This document shows, piece by piece, positions 58,251 to 64,000 of a stretch of 64,000 bases of DNA. The DNA is from the human T2T-CHM13v2.0 reference genome, Homo sapiens. The stretch lies in the NCBI RefSeq assembly GCF_009914755.1, contig NC_060928.1. One strand, written 5' to 3'. Within the stretch, counting starts at the first letter, position 1; each line of letters starts with the position of its first letter. The position numbers and the translations under genes were made by a program. The notes below the pieces were generated by a model. That model saw only the letters and a program-made list of their open reading frames with translations. It was not told the origin of the DNA and did no database searches.

Positions 58251-61192
58251 AAGCAGATTCTGCAAAAGGAGTATTTCAAGACTGCTCTATCAAAAGGATG
58301 TTTGAACTGTGTGAGTTGAATCCACACATCACAAATAGTTTCTGAGCATGCTTTTGTGAAGTTTATATGTGAAGATCGTTCCTTTTCCACCATGAGCATC
58401 TAAGCGCTCCAAATGAACACTTGCAGAGTATGCAGAAAGAATGTTTCAAATCTTTTGTATCAAAGGAAACCTTCAACTCTGTGAGTTGAATGGACATATC
58501 ACAAAGAACTGTCTGAGAATACTTCTGTCTAGTTTTTATGTGAAGATATTTCCTTTTCCACCATAGGCTTCAAAGCGCTCCAAATGAGCACTTGCAGATT
58601 CTACAAAAAGAATGTGTGTAAACTGCTCTATCAAAGAAAGCGTTCAACTCTGTGAGTTGAATGCACACATCCCAAAGCCGTTTCTGAGAATGCTTCTGTT
58701 TAGATTTTATGTTATGATATTTTGCTTTCCTCCAAAAGCCTTAAAAGCGCTCAAAATGAACACTTGCAGATTATGAAGAAAGAATGTTTCAAATCTGCTC
58801 TATCAAAAGAAACGTTCGACTCTGTGATTTGAATGCACACATCACAAAACTTTCTGAGAATGCTTCTGTCTAGTTTGTATGAGCATATATCTCGTTTACA
58901 ACGAATTTCTCCAAGAGCTCCAAATATCCTCAAGTAGATCCTACAAAAGCAGTGTTGCAAAACTGCTCTATCGAAAGAAAGGTTGAACTCTCTGAGTTGA
59001 ATCCACACATCACAAAAAAGTTTCTGAGAATGCTTCCGTCCACTTTGTATGTGCAGACATCCCGTTTACAACGAATTCCTCAAAGAGCTCCAAATGTCCT
59101 CAACAGATTCTACAAAAGCAGTATTGCAAAACTGCTCTATCAAAAGAAATGTTGAACTCTGTGAGTTGAGTTCACACATCACAAAAATGTCTCTGACCAT
59201 GTTTCTGTCTATTTTGTATGTGCAGATATCCGGTTTACAACGAATTCCTCAAAGAGCTCCAAATATCCTCAAGCAGATTCTACAAAAGGATTGTTTCAAA
59301 ACTGATCTATCTACAAAGACGTTCAACTCTGTGAGTTGAATGCACACAACACAAAATTTTCTGAGAATGCTTCTGTCTACATTGTATGTGGATATATCCC
59401 TTTTGCAACGAATTCCTCAAAGAGCTCCAAATATCCTCAACCAGATTCTACCGAAGCAGTGTTTCACGAATGCTCTATCAAAAGGAATGTTGAACTCTGT
59501 CAGTTGAATCCACATATCACAAAAATTTTCTGAGAACGCTTCTGTCTAGTTTGTATGTGCAGATATCCTGTTTACAACGAATTCCTCAAGGAGATCCAAA
59601 TATCCTCAAGCAGATTCTAAAAAAGCAGTATTTCAAGACTGCTCTATCAAAAGGAAGGTTGAATTCTGTGAGTTGAATCCACACATCACAAAAAAGTTTC
59701 TGAGAATGCTTCTGTCTAATTTGTTTGTGCAGATATCCCGTTTACAACGAATTCCTCAAAGAGCTCCAAATATCCTCAAGCAGATTCTTCAAAAGCAGTA
59801 TTTCAAGACTGCTCTATCAAAAGGAAGGTTGAACTCTGTGAGTTGAATCCACACATCCCAATAAAGTTTCTGCAAACAGTTGTGTCTAGTTAGTATGTGC
59901 AGATATCCCGCTAACAACGAATTCCTCAAAGAGCTCCAAATGTCCTCAAGCAGATTCTACAAAAGCAGTTTTGCAAAACTGCTGTATCAAAAGAAAGGTT
60001 GAACTCTGTGAGTTGAGTTCACACATCACAAAATAGTCTCTGACTATGTTTCTGTCTAGTTTGTGTGTGCAGATATCCCGTTTACAACGAATTCCTCAAA
60101 GAGCTCCAAATATCCTCAAGCAGATTCTACAAAAGGATTGTTTCAAAACTGATCTATCCAAAAAGACGTTCAACTCTGTGACTTGAATGCACACAACACA
60201 AAATTTTCTGAGAATGCTTCTGTCTAGATTGTATGTGGAGATATCCCTTTTGCAACGAATTCCTCAAAGAGCTCCAAATATCCTCAAGCAGATTCTACCC
60301 AAGCAGTGTTTCAAGAATGCTCTATCAAAAGGAATGTTGAACTCTGTGAGTTGAATCCACGTATCACAAAAATTTTCTGAGAACGCTTCTGTCTAGTTTG
60401 TATGTGCAGATATCCCTTTTACAACGATTTGCTAAAGGAGCTCCAAATATCCTCAAGCAGATTCTAAAAAAGCAGTATTTCAAGACTGCTCTATCAAAAG
60501 GAAGGTTGAATTCTGTGAGTTGAATCCACACATCACAAAAAAGTTTCTGAGAATGCTTCTGTCTAATTTGTATGTGCAGATATCCCGTTTACAACGAATT
60601 CCTCAAAGAGCTCCAAATATCCTCAAGCAGATTCTACCCAAGCAGTGTTTCAAGAATGCTCTATCAAAAGAAGGTTGAACTGTGTGAGTTGAATCCACAC
60701 ATCACAAAACAGTTTCTGAGAATGCTTCTGTCAAGTTTGTGCAGATATCCCGTTTACACCGTATTCCTCAAAGAGCTCCAAATATCCTCAAGCAGATTGT
60801 ACAAAAGCAGGATTTCAAGACAGCTCTATCAAAAGGAACATTGAACTCTGTGAGTTGAATTCACACATCACAAAATGTTTCTGAGAATGCTTCTATCTAG
60901 TTTATATGTGAAGATATTTCCTTTTCCACCATGAGCCTCTAAGCGCTCCAAATGAACACTTGCAGTGTATGCAGAAAGACTGTTTCAAATCTTCTGTATC
61001 ATAGGAAACCTTCATCTCTGTGAGTTGAATGGACATATCACAAAGAACTGTCTGAGAATACTTCTGTCTAGTTTGTATGTGAAGATATTACCTTTTCCAC
61101 TGTAGGCTTCAAAGCACTCCAAATGAACACTTGCAGATTCTACAAAAAGAATGTTTCTAAACTGCTCTATCAAAGAAAGCGTTCAACTCTGT
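58251..61192 (-). repeat. Divergent alpha satellite layer related to the HOR (about 17 monomers: 3 A, 12 B, 2 A)
   Basis: The 2211-bp periodicity is lost after ~58260 and mismatches to the HOR are frequent. HOR-diagnostic strings persist (actgatctatccaaaaagacg at ~60148, gcaggatttcaagacagctc at ~60807, atgagcctctaagcgc at ~60931). Confidence 0.9.
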
Positions 61193-61659
61193 TTTTAGTT
61201 TGATATGTGTTGGAGGGATTTGTAGTTTCCCTCTATTTCCTTCCTTTTACCAGACATCAGGACGAATACATTTCTAATCCACTGCAGTGAGTAAATGTAG
61301 TGAAGTGAGAAATCCTTTAGAGCCCACTTGAAGGCCTATGCCTTGCCTCAACATTAAGTCACTTCCTAATAGATTAGTTTCCACATCAGGAAGTAACAAA
61401 AATTGAATAGGAGTAAATCGATCTTTTTATCTGACTTCTCTGCTTTCTAAAATTTTTGTCTTAAATCCTTTTTATTTTACCCCAGAGACTAAAAGTTCTT
61501 CTGAAAAGCAGGGAAGACCAGGTTCGGGCAAACAAGCAGAGGAGCGTTAATCCCTGAATCAACTAAAATGGTGATAAATCCGCATTTAGGTCCCACTTCC
61601 AAATTTATTAAGGGCTCCTGGTGGGACACAAAATAAAAAATGTGGAGCCCCTGACTCCC
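61191..61659 (-). pseudogene. pol: Decayed retroviral protease and first residues of reverse transcriptase (truncated pro-pol)
   Basis: In frame after the gag TAG: GSQGLHIFYFVSHQEPLINLEVGPKCGFITILVDSG (DSG codons at 61552-61560). After a frameshift: EELLVSGVK*KGF...FLLLPDVETNLLGSDL...PDVW*KEGNRGKLQIPPTHIKLK, ending at the satellite junction. Several stop codons. Confidence 0.85.
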
Positions 61660-61662
61660 CTA
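61590..61662 (-). promoter_or_regulatory. Gag-pol amber readthrough signal: UAG, 8-nt spacer, predicted H-type pseudoknot
   Basis: The minus strand reads TAG GGGAGTCA GGGGCTCC acattttttattttgt GTCCCAC ca GGAGCCCT taataaatttggaa GTGGGAC. Stem 1 is GGGGCUCC/GGAGCCCU and stem 2 is GUCCCAC/GUGGGAC. This is the same overall layout as the MLV readthrough signal. Confidence 0.75.
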
Positions 61663-63708
61663 TTGCTCTTCAAAAGTCATGAGTGTGAAAGTTTCTCTCT
61701 CTTTCTTTAGTTCAGGACATTCCCTCTTGAAGTGACCTGTTCTTCCACATCTGTAACACATCCATAACATCTATCTTGCTCTTCTTCCTTCTCAGTCTTA
61801 GCATTCTCTCCCCTTGCTCCCCTATACTCCTTAGGGGGCTTATCAAATGAGGGCCTCAACCCTCTGGATGGAGGCTTGGGTCCTCTCAAGGAGGGTTTAG
61901 GCCCCTTATAATCTCAGGCCCCTTGAAAGTCCTGCTTAGGGATATATGGATTTGGAGCTATCTGTTGGAAGGTGGATAACTAAGTTTTGCCTTTTGTTTT
62001 TGTTTTCCCTTGTCTCTTCTTACATATACTTTTTAAGCCTCCCTGAGCAGTTCACTTAGGGACGGTCCTCCCAATTTTCTATCTTTTGTAATTTTCTTGA
62101 AATGTCTGGCCAACTTTTAGTAATGAAGTGAAGTTGTAATATTCCTTGCCCAAGGAGGTTTTCCAAATCAAGGCCTGCATATTGTCCCATTTGCTCCCTC
62201 AATCTATTTAAGAATCTAGCGGGTCCCTCATCTTTTTCCTGTTGAACATCAAATGCTCTAGAAAGATTTTGAGTTTGGGGTACTGATTTTTGTATTCCTT
62301 TTATTATCATCTCCCTTGGGTCTGGCATGTTTTCCCAGTGATTTGCATTGTTATTGTCCCACTAGGGATCTCGAGAGGGAAATTTATAGTCCATAGGAGG
62401 AACACTTTGACCGGGAGTGTGCTCACGTTCCCAAACCACCATAGCGGCCCTCCAAATCATACTTTGTTCTTCCCCAGAAAAGAGGATGCCCAAGATGGAC
62501 ACCAATTCAGCCCAAGTGTATATTTGAGGCCCTAGAAATTTATCAATTTGATCTGATACTTCATTAGGGTCATCCAGTAGTGTCTTAGGCTCCTTTTTAA
62601 AATTCTGGACTTCTGAACTAGTCAATGGGGCATTTACAAAGCCAATAGCCCTCCCCTCCCCACCCCCTGGTACCTCTCTTGGTGGAAAGAAAGTCGGATC
62701 TGTCTCTCTAGGTGTGGAGGGAAATGGAAAGTTTTGAATTTCCTTTTTACATTGTTCTATGTCATGTTGAAGCCCCTTTAATGAGGGATACTTAATAGGT
62801 TGGGGGGCAGGCTCACAAGGTAGTAATTCTGCAAAGTCGGGATTATAGGGAGGGGAAGCAATATCAGCAGAGACACCACAAGCGGGGGAGGGATCCGCAG
62901 CAGCAGTTGGGGGAATAGAACACGGGCAAGTAACACAGGCAAAGGAGTGCCCTGAAACAGCTGAGGAGTAACCCGAAACCGCAGCTGAAGGGACAGACAG
63001 CACAAGCTGGGGAGTGACCTGGAATGGAAATGGGGGGAGTGGGATGGGGACAACTGGAAGAGTAATGCAAGCTGGGGAAGGACCTGAAACAGAAATGGGA
63101 ACCAGAAGGGCGGGATCGGGGACAGCTGGAAGAAGGATGCAAGCAGAGGAAAGACCTGAAATGGAAACAGGAACCAGAGGGGTGGGATGGGGGACAGCCA
63201 GAAGAAGGATGGAAGCAGGGGAGTGTCCGGAAATGGAAACTGGAGGAGTGGGGTCGGGGGCACTGAATGAAGGAAGATGATCTAGAGGGTCTGATGTGTT
63301 AGTGGTTGTGGGTTGTCTAGACATGGGGACACTTTCCCTTCCAGAGAGGTTGGTTTCTGGTTTTCTCCCTCCGGATTCTAAAGGGTTAAGGAGGACAGGC
63401 CTCTGCCACCAACAGAAGGTGTAATTGATTTCTTCCCAGGAGACAGGGCTCTTATTATTAACATGCTCGATTAAGAGCTGACAAATCGCTCCTCATTTAG
63501 ACCCAAATTTTGGCCAGAAAAGTCAGGGTTTAAGGATGGGTTCTTGAACCCAAATAAAACAATATTTTATCATCTGCTGTTTTCATTCATACTTGGTTCT
63601 CTCATTATCTTTCCAATACTTCAGCATAGGCCCCAAGAGGCTATCAGAAGGAATTTTGTCACTATCTAGACTCCTTAGTTTTCCTGTCTTATTTGAAACA
63701 TTCCCCAC
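61660..63708 (-). pseudogene. gag: Decayed retroviral gag (MA, Pro-rich p12-like region, CA, NC)
   Basis: The start position reads GTG GGG AAT at 63708 (degenerate MGN). There are in-frame TGA stops in MA. ORFs 62362..63324 and 62056..62328 are in one frame, separated by a single TAG. The knuckle CYRCGRTGHFKREC (~61719-61758) is frameshifted relative to upstream. Terminal TAG at 61660-61662. Confidence 0.9.
63005..63265 (-). repeat. Imperfect ~72-bp tandem repeat (about 3.5 copies) inside the Pro-rich gag region
   Basis: 'gaaatggaaac' at 63158 and 63230 (72 bp apart), with related copies at ~63087 and ~63021. The translation repeats PVSISGxSxAxILLxAVPxPxxLV (24 aa). Confidence 0.85.
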
Positions 63709-63734
63709 CTTAGAGGCCATGTGGTGGGGGAGGC

Positions 63735-63878
63735 TCCAAACTCTCCTATTAGAGGTGTCTAACCCCCTCTTTCTGTAGGCTCACTAAGGCTTTTAAGAGG
63801 GGGTCAAACCTCTCGTATTAGAGGTTTCTCACCTCCCAATTTCTGGAGGCTTATTAACATTTTTAAGAGGAGGTCCAA
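63735..63878 (-). repeat. Imperfect ~70-bp tandem repeat (two copies) in the ERV 5' leader upstream of gag
   Basis: ctctcctattagaggtgtctaacc at 63741 versus ctctcgtattagaggtttctcacc at 63810; ttttaagagggggtcaaa at 63791 versus ttttaagaggaggtccaa at 63861. Confidence 0.75.
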
Positions 63879-64000
63879 TATCCCAAGATAAAAACTAGAA
63901 AGAAGCTATCTATGAAACTGCTTTGTGACGTGTGGATTCATCTCACAGATTTAAATCATTCTTTTGATTCAGCAGGCCTATAGTGAAAAACCAAATATCC
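63877..64000 (+). repeat. Alpha satellite in the opposite orientation, divergent older monomeric type, with an internal ~54-bp deletion; runs off the window end
   Basis: 'aatatcccaagataaaaactagaaagaagctatctatgaaactgctttgtgacgtgtggattcatctcacaga...cttttgattcagcagg' aligns to the forward alphoid consensus (aaactagacagaagcattctcagaaactgctttgtgatgtgtgcattcaactcacaga). Confidence 0.85.

Larger units (their letters stand above)
1..61192 (-). repeat. Alpha satellite (alphoid) centromeric tandem array, ~171-bp monomers, reverse orientation relative to the usual consensus
   Basis: Motifs 'ttcaactctgtgagttgaatgcacacatcacaaagcagtttctgagaatgcttctgt' and 'gctccaaatatccacttgcagattc' recur every 167-172 bp. 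Each monomer carries either a pJalpha-type box (ttccttttccaccrtag) or a CENP-B-type box (tcccgtttacaacgaa) at the same position. Uninterrupted up to 'gttcaactctgt' at 61181-61192. Confidence 0.99.
61191..63876 (-). mobile_element. Internal fragment of a class I (ERV1, gammaretrovirus-like) endogenous retrovirus, probably HERV-I/HERVIP10-related; leader-gag-pro-start of RT; no LTR visible
   Basis: Minus-strand translation gives, in order: matrix-like (M)GNVSNKTG...LKYWKDNERTK...FWPKFGS, a Pro-rich region with SPPY, capsid 'GFVNAPLTSSEV' and major-homology-like 'QQEKDEGPARFLNRLRE', a CCHC knuckle, an amber stop, and protease LVDSG and NLLGSDL. The family name is from my recall of HERV-I-type Gag and was not searched. 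Confidence 0.9.

Noticed and set aside
221-60844. Over a hundred short ORFs (about 60-124 aa) recurring every 2211 bp on both strands
   Set aside because: They are chance translations of alpha satellite. They overlap on opposite strands, resemble no protein family I recognise, and gain or lose stops freely between copies.
62362-63324. 320-aa ORF as a functional or domesticated gag gene
   Set aside because: It lacks the matrix start, ends at a premature TAG within capsid, and appears to change frame in the repeat region. Much of it is C-rich, low-complexity sequence where stops are rare, and the flanking gag and pro carry several lesions.
62290-63778. Alternative-frame and plus-strand ORFs over the ERV (62290-62535, 62778-63263, 62864-63142, 63014-63280, 63593-63778)
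   Set aside because: They are shadows of gag and its low-complexity repeat, with no independent coding evidence.
63709-63876. Possible 5' LTR or primer-binding site
   Set aside because: I recognise no TG...CA terminus, polyadenylation signal or tRNA-complementary site, and there is no second copy at the other end. It reads as a repeat-containing leader.
1-64000. A previously undescribed biological system
   Set aside because: Every part of the window is explained by known classes (alpha satellite HOR, divergent alpha satellite, ERV1 fragment), and nothing in the sequence supports a stronger claim.

Overview
This is primate (most likely human) pericentromeric DNA, and I find no intact protein-coding gene in it. 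Bases 1-~61192 are alpha satellite (~171-bp monomers) in reverse orientation. The first ~58.2 kb is a 13-monomer higher-order repeat (HOR) of 2211 bp, with six consecutive CENP-B-box-type (B) monomers and seven consecutive pJalpha-type (A) monomers. Twenty near-identical copies (1-44220) give way at ~44.6 kb to a more divergent edge group of 2209-2211 bp copies that includes one 9-mer deletion variant. From ~58.25 kb there is a divergent but related monomer layer. At ~61191 the satellite is fused to an LTR-less, decayed class I (gammaretrovirus-like, probably HERV-I/HERVIP10 group) endogenous retrovirus fragment on the minus strand. It carries leader, gag, an amber stop with a readthrough pseudoknot, protease and the first residues of RT. 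At ~63877 a different, older-looking alpha satellite begins in the opposite orientation. The repeated ORFs in the track are by-products of the satellite. I do not see a previously undescribed biological system; the interesting content is array evolution and junction structure.
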